64,000 nt of DNA. Origin: Podarcis gaigeae (taxonomy: Eukaryota). Under the pieces are notes generated by a model. The model did not search any database and was not told where the DNA came from. It saw nothing but the letters and a program-made list of their open reading frames with translations. Shown here piece after piece: positions 12,999 to 26,619 of this stretch. Where the stretch lies: assembly GCA_964106915.2 (NCBI GenBank), contig OZ066916.1; one strand, given 5' to 3'. Each line of letters starts with the position of its first letter. Position 1 is the stretch's first letter. A program made the translations under genes and the position numbers.

Positions 12999-14784
12999 CT
13001 AGAAGTGCACAGAGAGAAAACGGTGTTCAAGAATGGAAATATATTTTAAAGCATTTGTATATAATATTACTAACTAAAAGCTTTAGGCGATTTGAAAACA
13101 TCTTGTAACGGTAATTCAAATACTCTGCTTAGCTCGTACTGCAAGATATTTATGAAATGATAACAATGCCATTTCATACCGCTCCAGTAACGGCTGAACA
13201 TGGAAAGCACACACAAGCCTGCTTTGTCTGACACCCTAAACCAAACCCTTTTCCTGCCGCACTGCATCAAGCAAAGCGAAGGTTTGGCTTAGAGTGTGTT
13301 GTGTGTACCAAGGCTTTTGTTTAAACTTCCCTCCTCACTAACTTCTGACACTCATGTGAGAGGTTTTTATTGCAACTGGCTCCATCTAGTGGTCAAATTT
13401 GAAAAGCCAGACAAGTAGGATTTGCTGACAAAATCATAACCTGGAAGTTTGTATATCCCGAGAAGACCTAAGTTTTAGAAGTTTGAGTTAAATGAACAAA
13501 AGAAGGATTCCAGAATAAATTTCTCTCGTGTGTTGGCTAGTGTGTATCTCAGTTTTTATCTCTCTTCTATCACCACATATGTACAATGGTGGTGTTTTAG
13601 CTAAAATATGAAGCCCAGCACAATGCAAAGCAGTAGTCAAAGTGGTGCTTGCTGATGTCTGGCAGCTATATGAAATTTCTAGTCGATTTCTAGATTATCA
13701 CAGCCTGGGGGACAATTGCCATGATCCTCTTCGTAGTTACTGACTTGTGGCAAGGGCTGAACCTGTTGCTATGTGGTAATCTTATAAAGGTACTTATGGC
13801 ATCACCCAGATTTCTGCTTACCACACCACCACAGAATGTCATCTGAGAGGCAAAGCTTTGATCTGTGCTTTGGGAACATAGTGAAGCAATCAGACTGCTG
13901 CTTTAGGGACGTTCAGGCATTCACCTGAACATGTGGACTGTTAAACGTGTGGACAGGGGTGCACACACAAGCCCCACTCCCCAATGTCATCACATACATC
14001 ACACTACTGCAGTCCCCAGCCTTCCACATTGCACAGAGGAAGTGTGCCAGGGGCTTCTACTTCTGCTCACTTGCACATGAAAATATTCCTCCATGCAACT
14101 GAGGACACTGCTGTAAGAGTTCTACTTGGATTCTAGTGAACATGAATAGAAGTCACCTGCAGAATGCTTATTAGCACATCACAGGAAAGCTCAACAACTG
14201 AGGACATTGGGGATGGAGCGTGTGTGTGTCCCTGCTCCCACCCACTTTCTGTATTCATGTGTTCAGGCACTTAAGGCACTCCTTATAACACACTAAAAGG
14301 GCTGTTTAAATGGCTACAGAGACCAAATTCTGTTCTAAGTTGTCTCAGAGTACACGTTTAAAGGCCTCAGAGTAAATGGTAAGAAAACTAATGGGATTCC
14401 CCAAGAAGATCAAATGTTGTACAATACAGAAAAATAAATAGACTAGGGCAATTTAGTATTTCACATAACACCACCCCCACTATATATCATTAAATAAAGC
14501 CAGTACACTAACATTAAAGCTGCAATCCTAAGCAAACTTACTAGGGAGCAAGTTCCGTTAAACACAGCGGGACTTACCTCTGTAGAAACATGCAATGAAT
14601 TGCGATGCAAGATTTAAACATGGTTTAGGGATGATGAGGAATACTTCCAAGCCTAATTAACATGAAAGCAGTTATGCTCACAAACTACTGGTAATTGTGA
14701 GAACCCTGATTATATCCAGGTTTTGAATGTGATTTTTAGGATCATATCTGGTTCCACTGTAAATTGGTTTGGCAATGCTCCCAA

Positions 14785-14995
14785 AGTGATGCACGGGAAT
14801 GTCAGGCTAGGACAGGAGAGAATCTGGCTGAAATCCCTGCTTAGCCATGAAGCTCAGTGGGTGACCCTGGGCCAGTCCCACTAACTCACAGCCTGACCTA
14901 CTTTACAGCTTGTGAGAATAAACTGGAGTGGGATGGAGGTGGAGACTATGCTTGCCACCCTGAATTCATGGAGAAAGCGTAAGATAAAAATGGAG
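14785..14995 (+). mobile_element. Old tRNA-derived core/MIR-like (Squam3-type) SINE
   Basis: gaaatccc...agccatgaagctc...gggtgacc...ggccagtc...cagcctgaccta pattern; boundaries approximate. Confidence 0.55.
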
Positions 14996-15236
14996 TAACA
15001 ACGAAAAGTGGAAACAAGAGATTGTAGAAACTCACAAACTAAGAGTGAAAGGGAGAAACCTAAACCCTAATTCTGCTTCCCCAATTCAGTTATACATTTT
15101 GCATGATACAGGGAAAACATAAGATACAGAGAGATGCAGCACAGAAAGCACTGCTTTTAATTTCATGTAACAATTCGGTGAACTAAAAGGTTTATCTCAT
15201 GGATACACATTTCACATGAATTCACACACAATTTAC

Positions 15237-15782
15237 CTTTGAGTAGAGAGATTTGAAGCGACCAGTTGCACTATCCAGTTTATTCTGTACCTCAACGTAA
15301 GTTGAAGAAGTATCAATACCTTCCTTGTCATATTTGACACCTTCTCTTTTATTACACGATTTAGCAGCATCCAATACTCTCTGTCCAGAAATGGTGATGT
15401 ACCGCAAGTCCCCTTTGTGAGAAATGACATCTTCCGAAAAACTCTTCTGCCTTTTCAGTTTGATGATAATCCCATTAAAGTCAGATGCACCTGTCTCCAG
15501 GTTATCAAGCTCTTGTTCTCCCTGCTGGAGCCAGCTTTCAAACTCGCCATAGTCCGCATCAAACTTCTCAAGCTCCTCCTGCAAAGAGCGGGTCAACTTC
15601 AGCTTCTGCTCCGACTCCGCTAAGGCAGTTTCATACTGCACCTTCAGTTCCTTCATATTCCTTTGAATCTTCTCCTTTTCCTCTGGAGAAAGATGATGTC
15701 CTTGCTTCTCAAGCAGGGCTTGGGTTGACTGTGTAGCTATTATGACAGCTTGCTGCTGGGAAATAATTTTCTCATGCTGAGC
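15237..15782 (-). CDS. DST: DST spectrin-repeat exon ([11 protein letters not shown]...FKSLYSK)
   Basis: 546 nt, phase 0/0. Confidence 0.94.
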
Positions 15783-16560
15783 CTGGGTGGGGAAGGCGGC
15801 AGGGAATCAAAACGTACATATATAATTAGCAGTGCAATCTGTAATGTGTCCGATTCTTAGGAAATGTACTTAACGATGGTTCAGAAACATTAAACAAATC
15901 AAAATGCTGTGTGCTGCAGATGTACCAACCAACTACATTCCTACTTCCCAATCGCAAGAACAAATCACCAGCATTAAAATATCCCAATACACACACAAAG
16001 GCTTCTTCAATGGCTTCATGTTAGGGGTAGTTCCATTTATGCACGGACGTGCCTGCATGGAGCTATCCATAACACTGAGGCTTTTGAGAGAGACCTTGTG
16101 CTTAAAGGGAGCTGTGTGCGGCCACTGGCATTACAGTGGATGTAAGATGTGCTAAGGCTGGGCTGTTTGGGTGTGCTTGTCAATACTTCCTACTTTGGCC
16201 TGCCTTTATTTTCCACAGCTTTGAGCATTTTCAACACAGAAGCTAGAGATGAAAATGTTCTATTGGTTCATTAGATAAGAGTTAGGAAATAAATATGCTC
16301 TGAGGCTTGTAGTGCAGTGAGAGGTGGTGAAATCACCTCCCACAAAATCGTTCTAGAGATCCCTTGGTATGAAAAGCAGAGATCTGGAGGTGGACCAGAT
16401 TATGTCTCCTGGCTGCACTAGGCTTTTGCTTTTTCAAGGCCACCACAACAGCTGGCAATGCTGGCTCCACAGCACATGAGGTGGGTTTATATCAACCCTC
16501 ATTTCTTTTCCAGGACAAGTGTGAATTGATAAAGCAATTAGTATTATACACCTGTAGTAC

Positions 16561-16845
16561 CTTGGCTTTCTGATATTGCATGTTGAGATTATCTTCTGAG
16601 GGCTTCAGTTGTCCATCCACGTGAGTTTCATTCTGTTGTTGGATTTCCATCAAGTTGCCATTGACTTCATCGTCTTCTCCAGCCAACTCTTCCACCTCTC
16701 CTTCTTGGAAATGGTTGCCATTCTGTTTAATTGCTGGCTTGTCTTTCTTGCCCCCATGTTCAGCATCCTTGTCGACCTTTGACAACCAGTCCAGAAGGTT
16801 CTCTATTGTGGTTTTACTCTCCTCTAGCTGTTCTCTAGCTGCAAC
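16561..16845 (-). CDS. DST: DST exon (VAAREQLEESK...QYQKAK)
   Basis: 285 nt, phase 0/0. Confidence 0.93.
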
Positions 16846-17458
16846 CTGCACAAGTAAAGTTCAAGCTCGAATCTTATGCAGTCATGAAAAGTTCAAATGC
16901 AGATATTTGTGATATTGCAAACAAGGGTATACTAACACATTGGGGGGGGAGGAATTAATGGGACTTTTTCTCCTACTGGTCATGTGCAAACATCTGCAGA
17001 ATGATGCAGTGTGCCTGCACTTCTGTATGCTTAGGAAAAATGAGGAAAAACTAAAATGAATTATTATTCCATGGCATGGCTATTGTTTAAAGGATCCTCC
17101 CTTGGGAGGAAAGACTTATGGAACCAGATGTTTACAGGTCACATTCACATTAGTGAAAGTCTGCACAAGGATTTTAGCTAGTGCAATGGGACTTTCCTTC
17201 TCTGCACTCTGCCCCCCAAAAAGGAAAAAAATGGCTAGGGGCAGTTGGGAGAACCCTCAGAACAGAATACGGGGGGGGGGGGGGGGGACATCTGGCAAGC
17301 AGAACTGTTTTTGCTGAAGCAACTATCTCCTGAGTGCTACACTGAATTGCTCTATATGTTCCTTTCTTTGGGGAAGCAAATACTGACAATTCCAGATGCA
17401 TTTGGTGAATGTCTGAAAATAGATAGATGCATTTCCCTACATTTAATACACACAGTGA

Positions 17459-17501
<43 letters not shown>
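17459..17501. repeat. (AAT)n microsatellite
   Basis: Seen directly. Confidence 0.95.
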
Positions 17502-17503
<2 letters not shown>

Positions 17504-17638
17504 GACAATCAATTCCTTGAGTTTTCAGACATTCACAAACATTGTCAGACATTGTCTGGGATGGTCAGCATTCACATGCAAGGAAAAATTATAGCAATGA
17601 GCCATTTTAAAATTAATATTAAATGGCTGCCAAAGAAC

Positions 17639-17872
17639 CTTTTCTGTTTCTTGCTTAATAGCTGTTGTCACAGCTTTATCCAGCTGTTTCCTGGACTCCT
17701 CCGCCTTCTGGCTAAGCAGCAAACACTTGGTCTTGGCTTCATTAAGCTTCTTTTCAAGAGCAGTCTTGTCTTCTTGCTGCAGCTTTTCTCCATTTTCTTT
17801 CAAAAACATCTCCGTATTTTTCACAATTTCTGCCAGTGCCTGTGTATTTGCTTGCATATCTTTCTGTAGCTC
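17639..17872 (-). CDS. DST: DST spectrin-repeat exon ([11 protein letters not shown]...KQETEK)
   Basis: 234 nt, phase 0/0. Confidence 0.93.
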
Positions 17873-20505
17873 CTGGGGGGTGGAATAAACAATAAAAAAA
17901 TCAGAAGGAAGAGTTATCCATTTATTTTTCACTTCGAAAGCCCCTTTTCTAAGGTACACGCTGGATTTGCCTTCACGTTTCATGAAAATGGCAACAAGAG
18001 AGTAACAATTGCTAAATTTCTACAAGACTGAGATCGAGACCTCTGCTCTATATTGGAAAAGCATGGAATTTCCTGAAACACAACTTCTTCCCTGATAATT
18101 AGAAGCTAACTGATACACCACTTGGGGGCCAACCCTACCATGAGGCAATGTGAGGCAGTCGCCTCAAGCAGCAGATGCAGGGGGTAGAGTTTTCATATTA
18201 CACAATATCATTCCATTTGAGCCACTCGGGCGTCCCCCTCTGTGGGAGGACAAGGTAGCATGTGCCACAGGGCCTGCCCTGTATCCCCAAGCTAGCCTGC
18301 TGACCTTAGGTATGGTGGAGATGTTAGGAAAACATTCTTTAAGAAACATATAAAAGTTCCTGGAAGCTTTAAAGAGGGTTCCAGAATTTACTTTAGTGTG
18401 TAGGAGTGGCACTCTAGGCTTGACTGGTGTCAACTGGAGGTACAAATAAAGGGAGGAAGTTGCAGACTGTAATTTCAGCACGACAAAAGCACACACACAC
18501 ACACACCCTCAGCACGCAAGCTGACAACAAGGTTGGACGTAAGACAATGTGTGCTGCTGATACTGTGAGTTTTGCTGTGTCGGGATTGTTAATTATTGGA
18601 CTGAGATTATACCGTACTGGAGAGATAAAGAAAGAATGCAAATAGCTTGTATATAATAGTAACAGAAATGCTTGTGCAACCAGTCAAGCAATAAAAAGCT
18701 CTTGACTGTGAATTTGAGTATGACTCCTGTTCTTGTCCTCTGCCTCCTGGGAAAATTCTCCTATAAACAGTAAGAAGCGGTTCTACCGAGGTGCCACTAC
18801 ACTAGCAGAAAAGTGCAATGCAAGTGTGTGAGCGGTAACCTCTAATAGGAGAATGCCATCTCACTGGCACAGTTGAAGTAAGATTCAACTGCTAATCTGG
18901 TTGGCATCTGTACATGGAATGGTGTGTGTTTATGTTTGCTATCTCGTCCTTTGCCTCCAGCAGCCAAGCATACTAGATGGCCCTGCCACCACAGCACAAG
19001 CTAGCAAGTTTAACCTTTTGGAATTATTCAAAAACAAGTTTGTTTACTAACGTCTTGCACTGCAAAAAGCTAATATACACAATTCTCTGCATGTTTTAGA
19101 AATCTAATGGGCAGGTCAAATTGACACATGCATTACAGCTAACTGCATGTGTCACGTGATCACAAGATGCCCTGGTTAGTCAAAGTAAACACACTCTGGC
19201 CTTTGCCACTGACCAGGGAAAAAAGGGCTTTTGGAAGCCTTCATCTCCTTCCTTCCCCCACAGAAGGGACACCACCACAAGGGAGGTCCACCCTGACATT
19301 ATGCAAAAGCCTGAAATGGAGCAGCTGTGGGGCGTTTGCTTCTTCCTCTCCCTGCAAGAAAGAACACTTGGCTCCAACTGCTAATTATCCAGGAACTTCA
19401 GGTCAGAAAGGAAGCAAACTCTGACTCCATCCAAGGGACATGGGTTGTGTAAGGAGTTGTTATTTCAATCACTTGCAAGCTTGCCGTGATGGTTGTTTAA
19501 CTGAGAGGGCAAAAAAATAAATAAATAAATCCAAATAAATAAGTAACTAACTAAATGAATCAACTGACTTAGCTCCTTGTATCACTTAAGCAGTGAACAT
19601 TCGCCTGAACCGTTTACTGGCATAAACAAAAAACTGCATGAATTGGAGCAATTGGAAGCCAAACACAAAGAGTTACTTCTTTACAGAGGCTGAGAATATT
19701 GACTGGAACTACTTGTTTATGTTTTTTAAGTATTCTTTTTTTAATACCCCAAATCTGTTTCACATCCTTCTGCTCCAAAAAGGATTCACTTAAAGAAGTT
19801 AATAAAATATAAACAGACACAAATGTTTTTTTTTATAAAAAAAACAATCCATGAAGAATACCAAGCCGCTGTATTTTGATAAATTTGGTGTCAATTTGTT
19901 TTTAAAGTTTGATTTCATCAGTATGTTTTAATTAATGTTTTGGGTTTTTTGTGAGCCACTTAGGATATTTTTGCTGATAAGGTGGTATAGAAATCTTGTT
20001 AAATAAATAAAAACGAATAAATAAAATTGTAGGGTTTTTGCAGTAACATTTTTTTGTTTGTTTTGGTGATTTTAACTCATTTATACTGCTTTGGAATTGA
20101 AGAAATGAAGGGCGATACCTAACAATTTTGCATAAGCATACTAACAAACCTCTAAACTAGGAATGATTTTAGCTCTCCTCTTCTACCGCATTGCTGTTCA
20201 GTGGATTCATTTTACCCCACATTCCTGAGAGCCATTCCAAGATGTTTGTGCAGGCTACATGAGGGGCACTGCTGGAAGGGTACACAAGGGATATTGCTAG
20301 CACCTCACTGATGACCTACCAACTTTCACACTATAAACTCAACTGGACTTCGGGTGAGGTGCAAACAGCTAGTCCAAAATATATTTACAGGGCTTGCAAA
20401 ATGCTACCAAGCGCAATTTACTCAGAAATATTTACAAGTAACTCCAATGTGATTTGTAAGGATTGCAGTCTGGCTCTGCTGCTGCCAATTAGTCAAGCAC
20501 TGTAC

Positions 20506-20658
20506 CTCCTGTTTGATCTGGTATTGCTGCAATTCTGCCTTGGTATCTTCAATAGCAAGTGCTTCTTTGTGGCCGATCAGCTGGTTTTCCGTCTGTGTGA
20601 GAAGGTCGCATATATCCTGTAATTTTTCTGTGAAATCCTGGTGCTGGTCTGCCAAGTC
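20506..20658 (-). CDS. DST: DST spectrin-repeat exon (DLADQHQDFTEKLQDICDLLTQTENQL...KQE), where the a and b isoforms rejoin
   Basis: 153 nt, phase 0/0. Confidence 0.92.
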
Positions 20659-21220
20659 CTAATTTAGAATAAGAAAAAACCTGAATAGAAATGCTCAGAG
20701 GCTCTCAACAACCAAATTTCAAAGCTTTCACCAGACACTATTTCTGAGAGTATGCTGTAAACATGATAGCAGCTGCACACAGTTTAAAGAAGCTGAATAT
20801 AGAAGGTATGAGATAAACCTCACAAATGCTGTAAGTAAAGAGACCAGGTTTTGGATGGAACCGCCCAGCAGAAGTCTGGCCATGCATTATGCGTGTGAAA
20901 ATCCAAATCTCTGAATGGCTTGAAACCTGTAACAGACAGGTATTAATTCTGAAAAGGGGATGGCAAAACAAAGGTTAGTCGAAAACTATGTATTAGATCA
21001 GTTGGTACATGTAATATTACCCGCATATAAAATGCTGTTGTGTTTTAAGCAATACAGAAGCAGACATGCAATGGCACTCATTGTTCTTAACTTTCACCCC
21101 TATTAAGTATATTTTTAAAATCCTGCATTTCCTGGCCTGAAGACTCTCCCTTCTTCCTCAACTGATTAAAAAAGAAATTGTCCTTCAAAGTTAATCTTGT
21201 TTGGTGCTTGCAGACTAATA

Positions 21221-21397
21221 AAATCATAGTTTGGAAGGGACCACAAGGGTCATCTAGTCCTACCCCCTGCCATGCAGGAATCTCAACTAAAGTGTCCAGG
21301 ACATGTAGCCAATCAACCTCTGTTTAAAAACCTCCAAGGAAGGAGAGTCCACAACCTCCCGAAGGAGTTTGTTCTACTGTCAAACAGCTCTTACTGT
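21221..21397 (-). mobile_element. CR1 LINE 3' end fragment
   Basis: Reverse complement of the CR1 tail (ggactagatgacc...gtcccttccaa...ctatgatt), which is shared with the SINE at 39692. Confidence 0.75.
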
Positions 21398-21484
21398 ACA
21401 ACTATGCTTCTTCTTTTTCCCTGTTAGCCCTACTGCTGACAAATTCCCAATGCTCTTGAGTACATTGCCTTCCATACACTAGAG

Positions 21485-21575
21485 CAGATGTGGGGAACCT
21501 TTGGCCCTCCAGATGTTGCTGGACTCCAGCAGTTTTAGTTCATCAATATCTGGAGGCCAAAGGTCCCCACACCTG
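21485..21575. mobile_element. hAT-like MITE (short copy)
   Basis: cagatgtggggaaccttt...aaaggtccccacacctg terminal inverted repeats. Confidence 0.65.
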
Positions 21576-21807
21576 TGCTGGAGTGATCAGAGCTCTTAGG
21601 AGGCCCTCGAGATGCAGAACAAGCACCTGTGGCTATTTCACCCACAAAAGGGCAGCACGCAAGTGGCAGAGTGATTCCCCCAAATCACAGAAGCATCCAT
21701 TGTTGCTTCCTAGCACAGGGAGCTGGTTAGATTCCTGATCTAGATGACAAAGCATCCTTCTTCAACAGATACCCAAAGTCTGTCTTAGGTTTGCTGCCTC
21801 AGCTTTA

Positions 21808-22679
21808 TTAGTTTTATTGCGTGGACAGGCGGAGTCCCCAGATCCCGAGTGGTCCCCCCCCGTCATGTGGAATAAGGACTCTAGACAACGTGCTATGGGA
21901 TTAAATTGGCCACAACTTTATTAAATTTCAAATGTGGGTAGACCTTGGCTCAGGCATTGGGCGTTCTCCCTCCCTAGTCCCCAGCCGGGGACCTAGGGAG
22001 CATCAGGGTTATCCAGTGTGTGTGGGGGGGGGATGGGCCGGCTCTGGAGAACATATGTTCAAGCAGAGATAGCCGCCCCCGCTACGCCACCGCAGGGGAG
22101 AGCAATGACGACCTTTCGGCGTACGGCCAAAGCCTCCCTTCAAAAACCCCTTTAACAGGGAACCCTGGTATCGCCGCCGCAAAGAGGAAGATGGACTAAA
22201 GGATTCCGCCCAAGGCCTGATACCGCCAAAGTTGTGACGTTTTGCTACGGGAAAGGCGAAACCTGCCAATGCAGGGAAATTCCTTTCCGGCCCTTTAACA
22301 GCGACCTTATCGTAGCAGCGCCCGCATACCTGTGGAGACAGGTTAACCTGCAAAACCTATGAAGAAAAGTTAACCTGCAAAAGAAGACATTAACTGAGGG
22401 TGGGTAGGGTGGGAGAAGCTCTGGAGCCAAGTGAGGATTACCAATTAAGATCCACCCTCTATTGTGTGGGCAGGTAATCCCTCCCCCTACCTGGCCTGAT
22501 TTCCCTGGCAACGCTTCCCCCAGGTGGGATTGGACAACTCACTGGGGTAGGCGGGGACCTCCAGGTATCCCACCTGAGGGAAGGCAAAGCCTATGCTGAT
22601 GGGGCCACTCCAGATCCAGGGCTGCATGCGTCCCCGCAAAGGGCGCCCCCCGTTTTAAGTGGGGAGCGGTCATTTATGA
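21808..22679 (-). mobile_element. Unclassified young GC/CpG-rich insertion with 10-bp TSD
   Basis: Direct repeat ctcagcttta at 21798-21807 and 22680-22689; AATAAA near its minus-strand 3' end. Confidence 0.7.
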
Positions 22680-22957
22680 CTCAGCTTTAAAGTAAAAGTC
22701 AAATCATTACCCACTGCTGGGTAAAGCATTTTATCATTTCTATATATTGCTGTTGAAACAAAACTTGCTGTTGAAGGAAGCACACAACTGGTCCCTCAAA
22801 CATTTATCATGTGGCTCTAGAATTCTGAAGGATAGGCACACCGTATTCTTTTGCTTTCGATCTCAGCTAGAGTACAGTTTCTGCACTTCAACATTTTGTC
22901 ACGTCTCCACTTGGGTTCAGTGTCATGCTAAGCACACAATCACACACAAAAGCAAAC

Positions 22958-23191
22958 CTTCTGGTCAACAAGAACTTGTTCTGTCTGTAAGAGAGTTTCA
23001 AAATGGTTGACTTGGGATCTTATTGTCTCTTGCATTTCCTGGAAGCGCTTCTGTGTGGTATTCAAGAGCCTCAAGAGCTGCTTGCTTTGGTTTGGGGAAA
23101 GATCTTGAGCATGCTCAGAAATGAAGAACTGAATATCAAGTGCTGTGGATTCCAACTGCATTTTTGTACATTCAAACTCTTTTTCCAGGTC
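22958..23191 (-). CDS. DST: BPAG1b cassette exon 5 ([43 protein letters not shown]...DQK)
   Basis: 234 nt, phase 0/0. Confidence 0.92.
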
Positions 23192-24037
23192 CTGCAAATT
23201 AAGTAAAAAAAATAGTTAGCATAAAAAACCCTGCAACAGCTTTTCCCAACCTGGTGCTCTCAAGATGCTTTGGCATGCAGCTTCCATAGGTCTGTCAGAA
23301 TGGTTATTGGGCCAATAAGAATTGTTACAAATCATCTAGAAGCCACCAGATTGAGGAAGCCTGCCCTATCATTTGATAAAAGGTTAAGCTCACTCACTGA
23401 TTTTTTTAAATCATTCAAATATCTGATATGGAATTCACTCTGTATCAGTTCATAATCCAGAATCTATTAAAGAATATTCCCAGACATTTAGGTTTGTTGA
23501 GCATTCCTCAAATTCATCGACTTGCAACATCAGATCTACATAATGTTAAGTGTAATGTTGGAGAGGAGAGGGGGGAAACGCCATTGCGTCAGCAGAAGTT
23601 GTTGTTCAAGTCTTCTGCTGACACCACCCTTTATTTTTGAATCATTGCACTGAAGGGAATTACTGAACACTGAAGCTGTGTTTGCTACAGTCTTGGTGGA
23701 CATATATGCAAAATATGTGACTGATAATGAGTTACTGGTAAATCATAAACTTACTGACAGCATTTTCTGATGTTGAGCCTAGCACCAACCTCAAGGAAGA
23801 ATTACTTTCTACTATTGAGATTTAGAACTTCTGTAACCATTCTGTTAAAACTATAGGAATGTTACTTGCACAAATCCTGACTGCCTATCCGAACTAACAA
23901 TAATCACCCAAACTATCACTACTTTTGAACATGTAGGTTATCGGTAACTAGTACCGAATCAGAGTGGAGATCACCTACAAAACATCGTATCTAGAAGTTA
24001 ACAGTCACTGACAGATTAGGCACCAAGTGATACATGC

Positions 24038-24184
24038 CTTGAGTAACTGAAACCTTTGCTTCACATCTTCTACATCACATGTATCCACTTTGAGATTATT
24101 CATTATTTCACTCTTCTCCTCAATCCAACCTGCAAACTCCTGAAGCTTGACTAGATGTTTCTGATGAAGCACTGAAAGTTTAGC
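24038..24184 (-). CDS. DST: BPAG1b cassette exon 4 (AKLSVLHQKHLVKLQEFAGWIEEK...RFQLLK), GC donor
   Basis: 147 nt, phase 0/0 using AAG|gcatgt. Confidence 0.82.
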
Positions 24185-25117
24185 CTAGAAAAGAAGTTCA
24201 AAAAAGATATTTATCCGACAACAGATCTAAACCAAACTAAAATGAAAACCAAACGAAAAGATTTCAGTTAGATGACAGTGAAACAAAGCTACTGGCATAA
24301 TCAGAAAAATAAGGAGATACTTTTCCCACTATATACATGTGGCGAATTTTAGATCTACAAGAACACTTTGCTGATGCAAAGTCTATTTGCATATGCAAAG
24401 TCTATTTAATTCTGACACTTCAACAATGGGCAAAAGGGTTTATATCACTTATCTAACAAAAATTCTTTAGGAGGGAGCAAATTCTTTCCAATCCCAGTTA
24501 CCATTTCACGATAATGGAACTTGTTTCTTTCAAAACTCACTAAATAATGAGACTAAGAACAAGTTCATGTATACTTGCTTATCAATTTAAGTTGGTATTT
24601 TTGTAACATGCTCTGAGACCATTTAGTGCAGGGTGGGTTATAAGTCTACTACTACTACCACCACCACCACAATCAATGGATACACAACTGAACATGAAAA
24701 CATTAAAATGAATTGTTTGAGAAAGCTCTTGTTTGCAGTACTGATCTATGATCACTGAATCACACATGCACATCATCCGTTGATGTTCAAGTAATCAAAG
24801 GATGAACAAGTTTTTGTATTCACTGTGATTCAGAAGGAATGCATCTGCAATCCTACACACACTTTCCTACAAATAAGCCCCAATGAACACAGAAGGCACG
24901 CACAGGATTGTGCTGCAAGTGATCATTCACTGTGAACTAACTTTTAGAGCATGGGTTTCAGCTAGTTAGTATCAGGCAATAAATTTGTCACCACGTATGC
25001 AAAACCATTTTACAATACTTCTGTGCATTTTATACTTGGTTTTGTTTAAAATCAAAGTTTGGAGTTGGATAGGTTAAAAATCTATAGAAGTAAAATAGAT
25101 GTGGGCTATGAACCTAC

Positions 25118-25333
25118 CATTTCAGAGTCTACTGCCAATACTATTTGCTTTGCTCGATTTGAAGACATTTCGCAGACCCCAAAGAAATCCTTCTCCAAAC
25201 ATTCATAGCTTTCTTTTAGATCCACAAGCTGTGCTCTGGGAACATCCTTGTGCTGAAATTTTAGAAACTCTTCTGCTAACTTCATATCTTTCCGCAGAGT
25301 AACAGCAAAGCCAGCAAGCCCTGATTCAAATGA
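25118..25333 (-). CDS. DST: BPAG1b cassette exon 3 (SFESGLAGFAVTLRKDMKLAEEFLK...VLAVDSEM)
   Basis: 216 nt, phase 0/0; LRKDMKLAEEFLK matches recalled human DST-b. Confidence 0.9.
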
Positions 25334-26270
25334 CTACAAAAATAAATAAATACAGATGAGGTGCATTAAGGTCTTGCCTAAAATTAGTAGCACTGCGTGC
25401 AAGACAGAAGAAGAAACTTCTGCATTTTAGGGAGAAGTACCATTAGTCCTAGAGATGGCTGGGAGACCTGAAATCCCCACCCAGCCATGATGTTCATGGG
25501 CACTCAACAAGTCACGAGCCACCTCACAGGGCTGATGCAAGAATAAAATGGGGTCACCCCACCTAAAATTGCCCTGGGAACCTTGAAAATGGCCACACAA
25601 ATGAGATAAATTAACCCTAGAACCCAAGATACACATCTATTTATTTTGCTATCTCTCATTCCCCACTCACCTGCCACACTGCTCATACCATTTTCCATAG
25701 TATGGCAATAGCTCTTGCTCCAACCACTGCTGCACCACCCCTCTTTCCTTCATCTCAACATCCATCTATCCAGGGATACCTTAACTTTAGACATTGTGGC
25801 CAGGCTCACCATGCTCTCTTCTCTCTTCCTCCTACAAATTAGCAGGAATGGACTACAAAATGCACGCACCATAGAGAGGGAATCATCCATGGAGGGAGTG
25901 TAATGTGTAGCCCAGGCCTGTAAATGGGATCTGTGGGGAAAGGACTCAAGAGTGTGCTGTTCCATTCATTTGTATTAGATGACAAATGGATGCACATTTC
26001 TGTGCCTTTGGGTGAGAGAAAAGTAGGCTGAAGATCACTGGCTAATGTTAAGTTTATTTTTTGTGATTTGTCAAATAGATTTAGCATATTTATGAAAGAT
26101 AATACATATTTAATTATACTCTTATTCTGATGACTTGTGTTTTGAGGGTCTTATGAGCTACCTTGAATATATTATTTTACATGGAAGATCAGCATATAAA
26201 GAGACTTAGTAATAATGACATCTGACCTCACTATTTAACCTCACTTTCTATGTACAGATAAGAAGCTTAC

Positions 26271-26405
26271 CTCTAACTGCTCAAGTTGTATTTTTAGGTC
26301 TTCCAGGTCGTTACTGATGGGCTGCAGGTCATCCAAGAGAAATTTCATATCTTGAACCACTGTCAAATGTCTCCTCATATTCTCCAAGTACCAAGAGTAT
26401 TGCTT
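26271..26405 (-). CDS. DST: BPAG1b cassette exon 2 (KQYSWYLENMRRHLTVVQDMKFLLDDLQPISNDLEDLKIQLEQLE)
   Basis: 135 nt, phase 0/0, donor gtaagc; translated by hand. Confidence 0.85.
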
Positions 26406-26619
26406 CTGAAAATATTGTTGTCATTTAGTGTAACTAGAACTTATCAACACAGTAGCAGAAAAACACTTTTAAAAACAAAAAGGAGGGTGTGTGTTTTTAA
26501 AAACAAATGCCTGGAGATGCAATTTAAATGTTCATCTGTGATTCTATTATGAAGTTAGCCAGGGGACATTCAATTCCTTGCGATAGGTGATTAAATGCAT
26601 ACTGGTAATATAGGTGACA

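Noticed and set aside
17174-17552. Poly-Ile and poly-Tyr ORFs
   Set aside because: Translation of the (AAT)n microsatellite.
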